From: Lytechinus pictus
Taxonomy: Eukaryota
Assembly (NCBI RefSeq): GCF_037042905.1
Contig: NC_087251.1
Coordinates: 23,376,001 to 23,440,000, forward strand
DNA: 64,000 nt
Direction: 5' to 3'
Program-made: the position numbers and the translations under genes
In this document: positions 51,033 to 64,000 of the stretch, one piece after another
How positions within the stretch are numbered: position 1 is the first letter of the stretch
How the letters are laid out: every line of letters begins with the position of its first letter
The notes under the pieces: model-generated
What the model was told of the DNA's origin: nothing
What the model saw: the letters and a program-made list of their open reading frames with translations, nothing else
Databases searched by the model: none

Positions 51033-51115
51033 TTATTTGGAGACCTCTGCTTGCAAACTGGCGATTTCTTGATGCTTGTCGAGAAGGTCGGATTTTCTCG
51101 GAGCGGGCGCAAAAC
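51033..51115 (-). other. SRP54: Putative SRP54 non-coding first exon
   Basis: Perfect GTAAGTA donor at 51032 downstream of a CpG-rich stretch; the ATG exon is preceded by acceptor candidates at 49245/49236. The 5' end is approximate. Confidence 0.45.
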
Positions 51116-53846
51116 AAGTAACCAAATCAAATTTGCCGATGTTTTGCCAATATTTTCCTTAATAATAGAGACCTTACCTTCAAGAAAATTATCTCAATAG
51201 GTCATTTTCAGTCGCTCTTTCTGTTGGCGATATCAGTTTTTCAACATATTAATTAGATATTGAGATATTCGACCGTGCGCAAAATTAGGTAACGCGCGAA
51301 TTAAGGTCACACTATCATAAGGTTTTAAGGGCATACTTTTCATCTGGCTCAGGTCCCATGCATTGATTTCCGTGCGGTAAGAACACTTCTTTTAAAATGT
51401 TCACACAGCTGTGGTACATTTAGAAGGTCCATCTTCTCGCAATTCATTTGAAAACAACATAGAAATATTGAAAATGTTTCTTTTACGAAACAAGGACGAA
51501 TTGGTATTATTTAAGTAGGATATTTGCACATATTCAATAACAATTCTATTACCTTTTTCTTCCGACTTGGAACCGAGAATTCATCAGATACGTGTTATTC
51601 ACAATCAATGTGATCGTAAGTGGCGCTATACCAAAACAAGTCTAGTCGCTCATCAACTAGTTGGAAGGGTTGGTTCATATTTAATCATTAAATATGATTA
51701 AATATGATTTATTTTGAAAAATTACTGCATTGTTTACTCAAGCCCGCCAGACGGATAGATAAGGTGGCTTGGATCAAATACTTTTTTTCAGAACCTCACT
51801 TTATGCAGAAATCACAATGTGTCGAAAGTGACAGTCTTGTTTTCCATAATGTTCACTGACAGCAAAAATTATCACCCCCATATTTTCCAAATTTGTCTAC
51901 CCGAGTCTCTAAGTCCAATTCCTTATTTTTATTCAAAAGAAAAAGAAGCTCATCAACTAACTCAGTACCGTATATGAATGCGGCCTTAGAAGTTGAATAT
52001 TAGTCCTGTGCTATTGATGTATTATGTGAATTTTCCATGATCATTCCTGTTGCATTTTAGCAGATTCTAGTAGAAAATTTGCATGTGCGAAATCAATATT
52101 TTCATTACAAGTGGCGACAAGACCGCGACAAGATCTCCCTTGCTAATACTTGGACATACATGTAGAATGTAGCACTCAGACAGTAGTTCTGTGCCCTGTG
52201 AGTAAAAAAAATATGTTTAATTGTGTGTATTTTGACAAAATTTTAGTTAAGATAATTCAAAAGATTATTTTGGGATGCAGTTCTGTCATCAATTTCTTTT
52301 AAGTTGTATGACTTACTGGAATTTAATTTTCCTTAAAATAGAATGACCAAAGTTCGTGATATTGTTTTGAGTAAATGTCTCGTAGGACACCATCTTGTCA
52401 TCGTCATCAACATCAGAAACGTCATATAATGCAATCCATTGCCACCATGGGGGAAACAATATGTATTCTTATTGAAAATTCAAATTTTTGATGAAAAGTT
52501 AAGCGAATGACGTCTTCTTGAAGGCGGGAATCTCCACTTAGACAACATCATCTTAAAAATCTTGCTATTTCGATTCCGAATCCCGCTAAAAATAATGAAT
52601 GTATATGATTAATAATTGGTACGCTGAATAATTATAATGGTTTTAAAACCACCAATAATTTTGAAGGGTTATCCACCACAAAAAAGTTGATTATATAGAA
52701 AGATTTTTAAAAAATCATCATTAAAATCGGATGTAAAGTACATTTTTTCTGTTGCTTAATTTCAGAAATGAGTTAAATGCACATGTTGGTCGGTATACAA
52801 ATAAGAAACTGATGATATCACTAACTAACTATATTATTTTGTATTTATTATAAGAAATAAAGAAATATCGACATATTTGATTTTTTCCTAATTACAATGT
52901 GAAACAAAATTTAATTTAATCTCTGAACATGTGGAAATTGAATTTATTTTAACCTATTAATGATTTAATAAGAGTTGTCTTATTGTCAAATCTGCAAGAA
53001 GAGACATTGAAACACCTATAAAATACAAATAAATTGTAGTCATTTGCATATCACTATGTTGTGCATACATGTTTTGTGAACTTAAGCAAAATATTAACAA
53101 AACTTACATTAGTTTAATTTGTCTTATTTTATTCAAATCATTTCTTGTTGGGGACGGGAAGACGAATACGATACTTCTGCTAAATAAACCACTTCCTTTA
53201 CTCCGGAGTTTCTCTGATTACCCCATCTTTTGACCGATAGCATACATTCCGTCGTCCCTATTATGCTCGGAGATTTCGTTGTTTTTTGTTTTGTTTTGTT
53301 TTCGGGGGGGGGGGGGCAGCTGGGCGTGAGACCGGGACGACCCTCTCCCATGGACTGCTGTAGAAAATTCAAAATTCTAGGTGCCTCCCCTCCCCATCCC
53401 CACCCAAATTATAAGATATAATCTACCAAATGAGTGTACTGTTGGTGGTTATCCAGAAAATTATCCATATCATTTCCAAGTGTTTGCTGAGTAAAGATAT
53501 ATTTATGACATCCAGTTCATGATCCAGTGAACATGGTGAATATCAGACATTGTAAACTTGCGGAAAAGTAATCCCATTTGAAAGCCGTCATTCTTTCAAC
53601 AATTGAATGAGACATTATTGAATATTACTACAAAATAGATTCTTTTGGCTACCGTTCGAATCCCAATTATGAATTATTATCATTGCTCATAAAATGGAAT
53701 GTGTCCTTTGCGATGCAGAAAATCGATTCAATGTACACAATAAAGTCTGATAATGTCCATCGCTCTTGGTATTATTTCAAAAGAAGCAGTCGAAAAAGCG
53801 TTTTGTCATTTACATAATGCCTTGAATAATAGGCACACAATATTGC

Positions 53847-54898
53847 CAGGCGCGGATCCAGGAGGGGGCCGAGCCGGCCCCGGCCCCCCTATTTTTTGAC
53901 AACCTGCAGAAAAAGTGTACTATAGGAAAAACACTAAAGAAAAGTAGGAAAGAGGTATCATATCCAGGATGTGTAATTTACAACCTCGTAACGGCCGGCC
54001 CGACCCCGAAAGGAAACAAGAAAAGGGTGAGGGGAAGAATTGGAAAAAGAACTTGATATAAAAAATTTCGCTCGCGCTTCGCGCTCGCATTGCCTGTGCC
54101 AATGAATCCCATTCAAGAGGATTAAATGACACTTATATATCCAGATCTGAAATCAATTTGCACACAATATTTTAGCTCGCACATCAAGCTTTAATTATTT
54201 TGTTTGTTTTACACAAATTGTTTATATCAAAATTTTCAGCTCGCGCTGCGCGCTCGCATTGTTTGATTTGTGAGTTACCTATCCTCTTTGGAAATTCTTA
54301 CAAAAATTTGTCAAAATGCTCCTTTATCATGTCAGTATATAAAAAAATTGAGCTTGTGCTTCGCGCTCGCATTTAATTGTTTGGGACACACAGCTTTTTC
54401 TGTATTTAAATAAAAAAAACGCGCTTAGACTGTCCAGTTTTCAGGTCGGAATATCAAAAATTTTGAGCTCGCGCTTCGCACTCTCATTATTTAATTGGTG
54501 ATACTTGTATCCTCTTCATTAATCACTAAAAACAGTCCTAATTGAGTCCCTTTTCACGTTACTATGATAAAATTTCGGTTCGCGCTCGCATTGTTTAGTT
54601 GGATACTTATCTTTTTCATGATTATAAAATCTCCTCAGAATCTTTAGGTCTAAGGACATAAAATATCAAAGAATTTGAGCTCGCGCTTCGCGCTCGCATT
54701 ATATATTAAGACCACATGAGATACCTTATCTTGTTTATAACAATAAAAACTAACATATACTTAAAACTTCAGTCTCTAGTTAGGACTACCCCCTGAACCC
54801 CCCCCCCCAAAAAAACAGATTATAGCGGCCAATCGAGAAAAATGTTGATGAAAATTTTTTTCGGCCCCCCCTATTGGCGAAAGCTGGATCCGCCCCTG
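53847..54898. mobile_element. MITE with CAGG(C/G)GCGGATCC TIRs, 5-bp TSD ATTGC and internal ~115-bp degenerate repeats
   Basis: CAGGCGCGGATCCAG...CTGGATCCGCCCCTG; ATTGC at 53842-53846 and 54899-54903; about 6 copies of gctcgcgcttcgcgctcgcatt. Confidence 0.82.
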
Positions 54899-57800
54899 AT
54901 TGCAGTCATACCATCATAATGCTACAGGACACGGCAAAATAATTTCGTGTAAGAGCGTGTTTAATTATAAAGGAACCTCATGAATCATGTCGCATTGTTG
55001 GCGTGATATTCCCCCGTGTTCATACCACCATGCAACCTTCAAACATCCAGCCCTTTCACACGATATCGTAATCGTAATTTGAATGAGGCTAATGACACAT
55101 GTGAATCATAAACGCTAATCACAGTCACGATAATAGCAATCATCATTACAATGATGATTCAAGATTCACGTGTGAAGAGGCCCTTTATCTAATCCAAATT
55201 AAGTTCATGCGAGAGTTTAACAATCTTTATCTGATGGGGGGGGGGACTTGGGGCCATGGCCCCCCAAATGACCAAGAAAAAAGGGGGCAAACAAAGAAAA
55301 GGAGAAGACAAAGGGTGGAATAGGACATAATAATTTTCTGGATATCATGACAAAATGTATCACTAAAAAAAATAGATTTTCGTATTAAAAAGGTCAGCAT
55401 TTTTATTTTTAGAAACTTTGCACCGTACGTTATGTCTGACCCCCTCGTTTTTTTTCTTTGCTCATTATACGCCAAGTAAAATGAAACGTGGCGGATGCTA
55501 ATATCTAGCGTATGATGTCTTCACAGACGCAAAAATCGAGAGGTCCTTTTCCATCCTTTCGATAAATACGGATATGAGTGAATGACTTCTTTTGAGGCAT
55601 TGACGTTTTATTTGGTTCACCTTAAAATCTTGCTATGTTTCTGGGTCATTCAATCGTGAACACAATATATTTATCTGAGTATCTTCCCCCGAGTCCAGCA
55701 TTGTCCGGAGGCTGACTGCAATATTCTCAGTTCTAAAATGTCTCTATCTTTTGCTAATAGGCCCTAATTTTTAAACACTCTTGCATTTTAGTGATTATGG
55801 GTATACTGTCAGTCCTACCATCCATGGCCCTACACTCATTTGAGTCCTTCTTGTCTATCACAAATTTTAATTCAAGTTTAATGTGTCAAATGTGTAGGCT
55901 TATAGTGCAAAAAATAAATTGTAAGCGATTATAATTATGCAACCACACAACAAAGATATAGGCCCACTGGGCAAGCATTCTATAGAGTAAATGTGAATAA
56001 AATGTGTGAATAATGCTCATTTTGCCCGATTGCAGAAAATGTTTTTTTACCGATGTAAATACATGTACGCTAATCACATAGGTGGTGCCATTGGCCGGGG
56101 GGGGGGGGCGACCCACTTCGTTGTCTCGACTTGGATGATTTTTCTCAACTTATCTAAAGAGGGGGAGGAAGAGAGAAAAAGAATAAAAGACTATTAAAAA
56201 TTGACGACCGGGTCGTTTATAATACCTCTATATTTTTCAGTTGGCATCTCCTTTAGTTCCTGTCCACCCCCCCCCTTCAAATCACCACCCGTGACGTTGA
56301 GTGAAGTTCGTGATCTACTTACGGGATATTACGTGTACTGTCTGTTTGCAGTGCTAACAAACACGCCAAATAAACAATATGGCAGACGGTGTCAGTAGAT
56401 CTATGGTATAAAGAAATTATCATTCAAAGGATATAAGCTATAATACCGAACAAAGCGAATAATTAAAAAGACCTTGACACAAAATTCGTACACTGAATAC
56501 TACATGCTCTCCCCCAAAGAACAAAGCAAATTGTTTGTTTTCTCCCTTTTTCTCCTATGATGTATTTCTCTATCTATGGACCTTTGAGACCTCTTTGCTG
56601 TATTTTTTTTCATTTTCTTCTTTCATCTCTATCTCATTTCTCGACACAAAATGGGGGGGGGGGGGCCCGTCTCCCAGTATTTTATTTTTCAAGTTAGTAT
56701 TTCAATCATTCTGTGCATGTGATCCATTCTGCTCATTCAACATGATTATATGTTTAATATATATTTTGGTGTCATATTCTATAGCATTCTGCTTACAATG
56801 AAAATCGGTTTTCCGCAAGTGTTTTTATGTTAATGTATGTATGATTTATTCTAAAAACTTCTTTGCTATAATTCGGGTTACAATATTATATTGATATGCA
56901 GAAGAAAATGAATGATTCAAATCAAATCAAACCAATATTCTCCACATTTAGCCAGTCATGCGAACAACAACTCTGCAAGAATGTAAATCAATCATGAAAT
57001 TTTATTGTGAGTGTGCAGGGTGTCTGGTTTCACTTAATCTCTTGTTATATCTTTTACTCATTTACTCCTTTCCCTGTGAATTCTGGCATCAAATAGGGTT
57101 AATGTCTCTAACATTAACTTCCTTTTTCCATCAAAGTATTTCCCTGACCTGGTTGAATAATAATAATAATAATTTAAATCAAACTGGCCTCCATCACGTA
57201 ATCAGGGGAGAATATTAAACATCGGCCTGACCCTATAATGCTGTCCCTGAATTACGCAACGTCTCATAACAAAGTGCTCGTCACGCTCAATGTCAAAGTA
57301 AACTCGATCGCGATAATATTTTTTCCTTTCATAAACCGTCCCAATAACGGACCAAAAAGAAGAAAATAAAAGCATTGTGCGAGCCTTTTGAGTTACGAGG
57401 TCGTATGTAATAGAGGAGTGAGGTCGTATGGCTTAGAAGAGAAACACACTCATGGACATCAAACAAGGGGAAAAGATGGATAAATCTACACACCTCTTAA
57501 TCGCCTGACTTGCTCCCTCACTCCCCCTCAAAAAAAGCAAATGAGAGGAGGGTAGTTATATTTTCAGCCTTGCATGCTTTTAATTTTAAAAGACTTTGGA
57601 CATGTCGGAGGGCAGTGCACTTCCTATACTAGAGACATTTTATGTTCAAAATCAAAGAATAATCAATTACAATTGATGTGTTCGGATCATTAATTCTGAA
57701 GAATTTCTCATTAAATTTATTCAGGATTTTGTGATTTTGTGATTAAAAAAAATATTTCCAATAGTATCATATATCTTTTAGACTAGTTAGTGTCTTTGAT

Positions 57801-59106
57801 TACTTCACATATTCAATTGTAGATTATAGACTAGTACAATATACGACCATTCAAAAATAGAGGTATTTTTGCTGTTGTTTTAAATGAATGACGACAAAAA
57901 CACACGTTCGCTTTAAAGTAGCATGAATTATAGGCCTATCTTTATCTTATGAAACAAAGATGAATTCATATCTATATCTGTTACAAGAAACTGTAAATTG
58001 TAAATTTCTACGCTTACACAAGTTACGCAAAAATATGCAGAATTCGACCTCTTTCAGATAAGTGTTTTTGTTAGTGTTTGCTTAGTGTTTTCAAATGGGT
58101 CTACGGTGAACAAAATGTTCAAACTTCTTTTGGCCAATCCAAGCCATCACTTCAAGATATTTAGTAGCTTTAAATTAAATGACTTTATCCATTCCAAATT
58201 ACCTGGGTTCCGATTTCCCATCGATGATTTTCCGGTAATATGTTTCATTAAAATCATCTATTTTGTAAAGATAGTTACTTTAATCTGGTACTTGCATGCT
58301 ATTTCCTCTTTTACATGTTCATTTCAGGTCAATTTCGTATATCCCCTTGATCAATTCTGGGTTCTTGTACTTTCTTTTTGAGCAAAGCATAGTCAAACTT
58401 ACTTTTCCCATAATGTAAAGTGACCCAATGATTTTCAGACAGCCTTCTAAAAGTTCCACTTACTCGTTGGGATCACCTCGCAAATTTCCGCACGAAGGAT
58501 ACTTACGCAACCAATTAAACAATGCTTACCAACTGACCGGACGACCGGATTGGCCCATGTAATTTTATGACCAGGGTTTACGCCTCAATTCCCGCCAAAA
58601 TTATTACCAAAAATTGCATCTAAATTTGACCGGTGCCCTTGACTGCAGGTGGTCTGCAAAAAGGGAAGAAAAACATGAAAGGACACCAATCTATAAAAAG
58701 TTACACAGATGCTGTACTTTTGTGAACTCATGACCCCATTTGGACTTTCTTTATTCTTTTTTTAATCCTTGAGAAGACCATTGTGGAACTTTTCAGTCTT
58801 GCATCAGACTGAAAACTCTTTGGTGATAAAGTATATACAAAAATGATGTGAACGATTTGTGCTTTGGTAAACGGCAAACATTTCCAGACTATAGGATTAA
58901 AATCAAACTCGGCATGTTTATTTCATACCGTCCCTCTGTAACCATGGTAACATATTGAGTTTGTTAGAGTTCTGTTTCAGTCAATTCGATTACATGTTTA
59001 TATCATTAATATATAAAACGTCCTTTATATATTATCATGTATATTTTGTTACCCAAGAATAAGAATCCACTGTCTTGTATTGCAACTCTTGAATATCCTA
59101 GCTTTA

Positions 59107-59237
59107 AAATACATTTAAAAAAGTTTCCACCGAACTACAAATGCCCTTTTTTCAAAAAAGATTTAATTTAAAGCTATTTTGAAAATGAAAAAAAAAGGCA
59201 TTTGTTGTTCGGTTGAAAATTTTTTGATGTATTTTAT
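59107..59237. repeat. Imperfect inverted repeat with ~55-bp arms
   Basis: aaaatacat..aaaaa..ttcc.accgaactacaaatgcc / ggcatttgttgttcggtt.aaaattttttgatgtatttt. Confidence 0.65.
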
Positions 59238-59380
59238 GATATAGACATATTTACTACCCTAATCATATTAATCGATATTTTCTCCAACGGAGAAGGTTTT
59301 TTTATATTATTTTTACCTTTCTCACATAATAAATTCAATGAAATAGGCCTAATCATACAAATCCATTAATCGATTTATAG

Positions 59381-59413
<33 letters not shown>

Positions 59414-59839
59414 ATAAAGCGTATTTATTTTGGAATCGCTCTCCCTCCCAGGAGCAGAGTTTACCTGGTCTGTCGCATCCAGGGCTGGTGTTGGGTCATG
59501 TCCGATATTTGACCAATGGGCGATGACCTGGGGTCAAGATGGATGGCAGTATGTCTCAAGGTAGAATGTACCTTAGTGGGTCAGTGAACTCACACATACC
59601 AAAATATGTCACGTCTTACTCGGACAGCGGTCACGTCAGTAAAAAGAGTGCATTTCAATCTGAGATCAGATTGATTTTGTGGTAAGTTGAGCATTTTTTC
59701 CATGTCAGAACTTATATGATTCATAATCTTGTAGAAATAAGTACCTTGCCTTAAATTAAATTCTTGGGAAACATTTTTACCTATATATAACATTCTACCC
59801 CCACACTGAAAGTCTCTGTCACCTTTGAAAAATAAAGAT

Positions 59840-60150
59840 GTCAAATGGCTCAATTTGCCCCACCAATGGGGTAAGTTGAGCCACCTTCTGGGGTAAATTT
59901 GAGCCACACAAACTATGTCCAAAAGGTATGGGACGAAAACCAGCATGACATTTTTTATTTCAAAGTCTTTTCACATCTCACTTGCTAATTCTCTATAAAC
60001 ACTAACATCCTCTACAAGTAAAACTACTGTCTTGTGAATTTTGGTCCTTTCTGCCTGCATATTAATGGCTTTTCAAGGCTTTTATATACATTACCATATG
60101 AATTACCATGGTTCAACTTGCCCCATGTTGGCTGGCTCAACCTAACCCAG
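59840..60150. mobile_element. Fragment of a non-autonomous DNA transposon (pogo/Tc1-like subterminal motifs)
   Basis: Clustered ggggtaagttgagcca / tggctcaa(t/c)ttgcccc motifs in both orientations. Confidence 0.45.
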
Positions 60151-63100
60151 TCCGATATTTTCACATCAACACATTTCTTATGCATCTATCATGTAAAATA
60201 CATAAGCATCTTATCAACATAAATACACTGTTCAGTGTTCATGTTATTATTTTAAAAAAATATGCAGGGTTGTGAAATTTCCATAACTTTTGAATGTTCT
60301 TTATCATATTTATTACAGTAAAATTATAACTGTTTTACTTTAAGGATCGACTTGCATGCAGGGGCAGATAAAAGATTCTCTTGAAAGAGATGGAGGGGGG
60401 GGGGGCTAGTCTGATGTTCACCATTCTGAATCCAGGATCTAAAAAAAACTTCCAAAGAGAGATGGGGGTAGATGTGTGCCAGAAGAGATTCAAAACGATG
60501 GATTTGGTTTTTCTTTTTATAGAGGGGGTGGGAGCGGGGAGGGAAAAGAAAGAAACAGAGAAAGAAACACGGGAGAGAATCATCGATTTTACCAAATCCC
60601 TAAATAAAAAGGAAATATGTCGAGCTATACTACAGTATAGTAGTAACGACGAAATTGGGAAATTGAGACAAACCAAAATGTACAGCCAAAATGCCCCAAG
60701 TCCAATAAATTGCATTTTATATAAATCATGTAGGATTACGCCATACATTATTACAAGCCTGATAATAAGTGATAACTTTCGAACCTATATGTAATCGTAT
60801 TACCGAAATGTTAGCCCCACTCACTGCAATTATGTCTATTTTAGTATCTGGGTTATCAATTATCCATTTCCTTGAAATTATGTGAAGACTATCATTCATC
60901 ACAAAGAACATGCACTTTCCCAGACATTTTGACCCACACTGGGAAGGAAAAAATCCTACCATTGTCCTTCCACACATTCATTTCATTATTAGCGAATCTG
61001 ATGACCACATTGTAGTTAGAGTACAAAGGCACTTTTCGAATGGTCAAGGCTTGAATTTGGTCAGATCTTAGTCAAATTTCTCTTTGTTTGTGGTATTTTT
61101 AAAGTAATTGATTCGTAAAGATTTGTTTTACGTAACCTGACCTTCCAAATGGGAATCATAAACTTTTAGACAGGCGTAACAATAATAAGTTCACATTTGG
61201 AAAAAGTCCTGGGAAGTGAAAAAAAGATACAGCATGGGGATTATTTTTTTCACATATATTTTTGGGGTTGGGTCTCATCTATCAGATGAAAATAAAAATT
61301 TAAACAGAATGTTTCGCTTGGGTGGGGAATTAATGTCCACTTTTGTAAAACTCGCGGTTTGCCACATGTTTGCGCAGAAATACTCATGTTCACGATGTGT
61401 CAAGGGAAAGGGCGAAAAACGAACTGACCCTGTCGTACATTTCTCATATTTTTCTTTTCCATTTTTAGTAAAAGGAAATAAAAAACAGATTCATTTTAAC
61501 CCTAGGGAAGCACAACTTTAACCTTTTTCTTTCTTTTTTTCTTTTCCCTTCCACGGGGTTCTTTATTTTCAAAAATCTTCATAACATATTCATACACAGC
61601 GGTGAATAAACAAACTAAATATGTACGAAACACTTTTAACATGGACACACATATAAATATCGAACTGACTATGCAATATATTATAGATAAACTGTTTATA
61701 AAGTTTATAAAAGTTTATAATAGATACACTTTTTTGGGGGGGGGGTGCTAGCTGAATGTAAGCCGCATTGAACATGAAACAAATCAATGTAGACATAAAT
61801 TTATTCAGATATCCCCCATCATTTTGTTATCTTAAAGTTTTGTCATTAAGAGGGGCTTCATAATTTTTACACAATTTTCCCCAGTCATGAGAAGGAATAA
61901 CAGAAGAAAAATCAAGTCTAAGCGAACCACTGCTATGAGGGGTAAACCAGTTATCATCACGATGATCTAGATGTGTGGGGAAGGGGGTGGGCATTGGCGC
62001 TCGAGGGAGTGTTTTGGGCAAGGAAACAAGTAAAAAAAAAAAATAGAAGATATCGTCACATCAACCTTAGTTTGCTAAGGTCCATTTGCTCTTCTTGACT
62101 AACGTTTATGTATATCCATATAACTATTTTCAAGTTCTCCGCAAATCATTTTTCACAAAGTGGTGCTCACTCAAGCGGAAAAATTTGTCGATGGTCATAT
62201 CGTCATTTGCTTAAACAGGCCTATAACAATGTATAAAAGAAAAGGGGTTTAGGATATTACAAATATATCATTTTATAGGTTTATTTCAAAGTGTAAACTT
62301 TGGGGTTTTTATACGCACTGTAGAAAAAAAAACATTTGCACCTATGAAAAGGCACAACCACACACTGGGAGTACCTTTGAGACCAAACAGATGAATAAAT
62401 GCATCTGCAATATATGTATGTGGCATTGCCAAAATGCGCTAAGTAAAGTGCAATGCACAAAACAAAGCTAAAATGATATTAAACCATTTTGAGAGCAAAT
62501 TGTTTTTATATCTCTCAATAGTTTTTTAAAGCAAATTTTACGATGCTGTAATAATTATGGCAAGTAAAAAATTAGCCACGGTAGCGGCTGTGATGAGTTT
62601 TAGGAACGAGGGGGAAAGGAGCGCCAAGATTATAATGGTTATACAACGTCCAATTTGTTTTGAGATGTCGTAGAAGTAATAATCGATGTTGCGCAACCGA
62701 GCGAGGCAATTGAGCTGAAAATATTTGCCTAAAATTATGGCAAAAGTCTATTTGAAAAGAGAGACTCTTGGTCTATCAGTTGCAAGAGAGACACTTGGTA
62801 TTTAAAATGTGGAAGAGATTGGTCTATATATGGCCTTTGACTTATACTTTTGAAAAATCATATCAAGCTTTAACATTCGAATGGGGACACACCCCGCCCT
62901 ATGCAATGTAGAGCATGATTTATTTATTGGTTTATTTTTTATTTATTTGTTTTGTTTCATTAATCATTCATTGATTTTGTTTTTATTACTTCTTTTATCT
63001 ATTTGTAATTACTCATTCACTTACTCATATACATTCACTTTTAACGATTTTTATTATCTTTATTCATTATTAAGTCATGTATCAAAATATCATATGATAG

Positions 63101-64000
63101 AATATTTTCATTCGTTATCATTTTTTTCATTTAGTTAATTCAGTTATCATTTGTCATTCATTTATCTAATGATTTTTAATTCATAGTTGTATATTTTTTG
63201 TTATCCACCCCTGTCTCCATCTCTTTTCATTCATTCTTATATATGCACCTATAATACTGAAATGTCCGAAAACAAGTGTGGGTGGTATTTTTGCTTCTTA
63301 GTAAACTAGCTTTAAAACGGAATTTCAAGGCCTAAAATAGACAGAAATGTAGGGTAAGTACTGTCTGTTTCTAAAGGTTTTAATGGAGTGATTCACTTAT
63401 GAAATACATTACATCACTATTTGAGCCACATATTCATGAATCTACCAAGCGAATATGTTTTAATCTATTGATGCAGAAGCTAATTACCTTCAGTGGACAA
63501 TAACCGGTGTCATTTAAAAGGAGCACGTATACCTTGTGCTGATTCCTTATTACTTTACTTTTGTTTAGGTCTTCGCAAATGATTTTTCAGAAGCGTGTTT
63601 CCTCTTGGCAAGATCATGTACAGTAATCAAGAAGGAACAGAAAACTATATATAGCAAACTTTTCGCGGGGCTGCATACCTTATCAACTGCACACCCATAC
63701 ACATTCCAACTATTATTTATTACCCCTGTTCAAATATTCCTTTATTGTTCATTACAATTAGTGATCACAAATATTACAGTTTTTGTTGACATTCTTGGGA
63801 AAAGAAAGAACGGACCCATTTTCTTGAACTTTGTGGTCATGCTAACATAATGTATTCAAAGTAGGTAAATAACAAACTTTAATTAAATATCGTCGACATT
63901 TGGATTATAATATTATTGGCATCCCTCAAATCCCCCCCCCCCCATTCTCTCGCTCACTCTCTCTCTCTCTCCCTCTCTCTATTTTCTTGTATTCTCAACT

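Noticed and set aside
58085..58500. Possible decayed coding sequence (..LLNILK*WLGLAKR..) on the minus strand
   Set aside because: There are stops in all frames and the resemblance to retroelement proteins is too weak to call without a search.
60335..61050. 137-aa overlapping ORFs and a nearby open stretch
   Set aside because: Low-complexity, purine-run-driven composition, with no recognisable domain or convincing splice sites.

Overview
AT-rich eukaryotic (metazoan) genomic DNA with spliceosomal introns and dense interspersed repeats. The repeat style suggests a marine invertebrate deuterostome such as a sea urchin; this is inference, not demonstrated. Two minus-strand protein-coding genes can be reconstructed exon by exon with consistent splice phases. 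MLH3 (MutL-gamma; ~1698 aa) has 8 coding exons from 25038 down to 7598, including a 3.96 kb exon and an intact DQHA(X)2E(X)4E endonuclease motif. SRP54 (508 aa) has 14 coding exons from 49147 down to 36924 and one GC-AG intron. Between them lie a probably bidirectional CpG-rich promoter, a young tRNA-derived SINE with a TSD, and a 5.2 kb nested stack of five DNA-transposon-type elements, each with readable TIRs and an exact TSD. The rest contains MITEs, a probable solo LTR, an L2/CR1 LINE 3' end, tandem repeats and palindromes. The most interesting leads are the nested transposon stack, a perfect Sox-Oct composite motif in a Sox-site-rich island in the last MLH3 intron, a putative SRP54 first exon inside an inverted-repeat-bounded segment with a 24-bp palindrome, a WW-like motif and an internal duplication in the MLH3 linker, and CAGG-ended MITEs with 5-bp TSDs. 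No CRISPR, rRNA or bona fide tRNA gene was seen, and I found no clearly novel protein-coding system.
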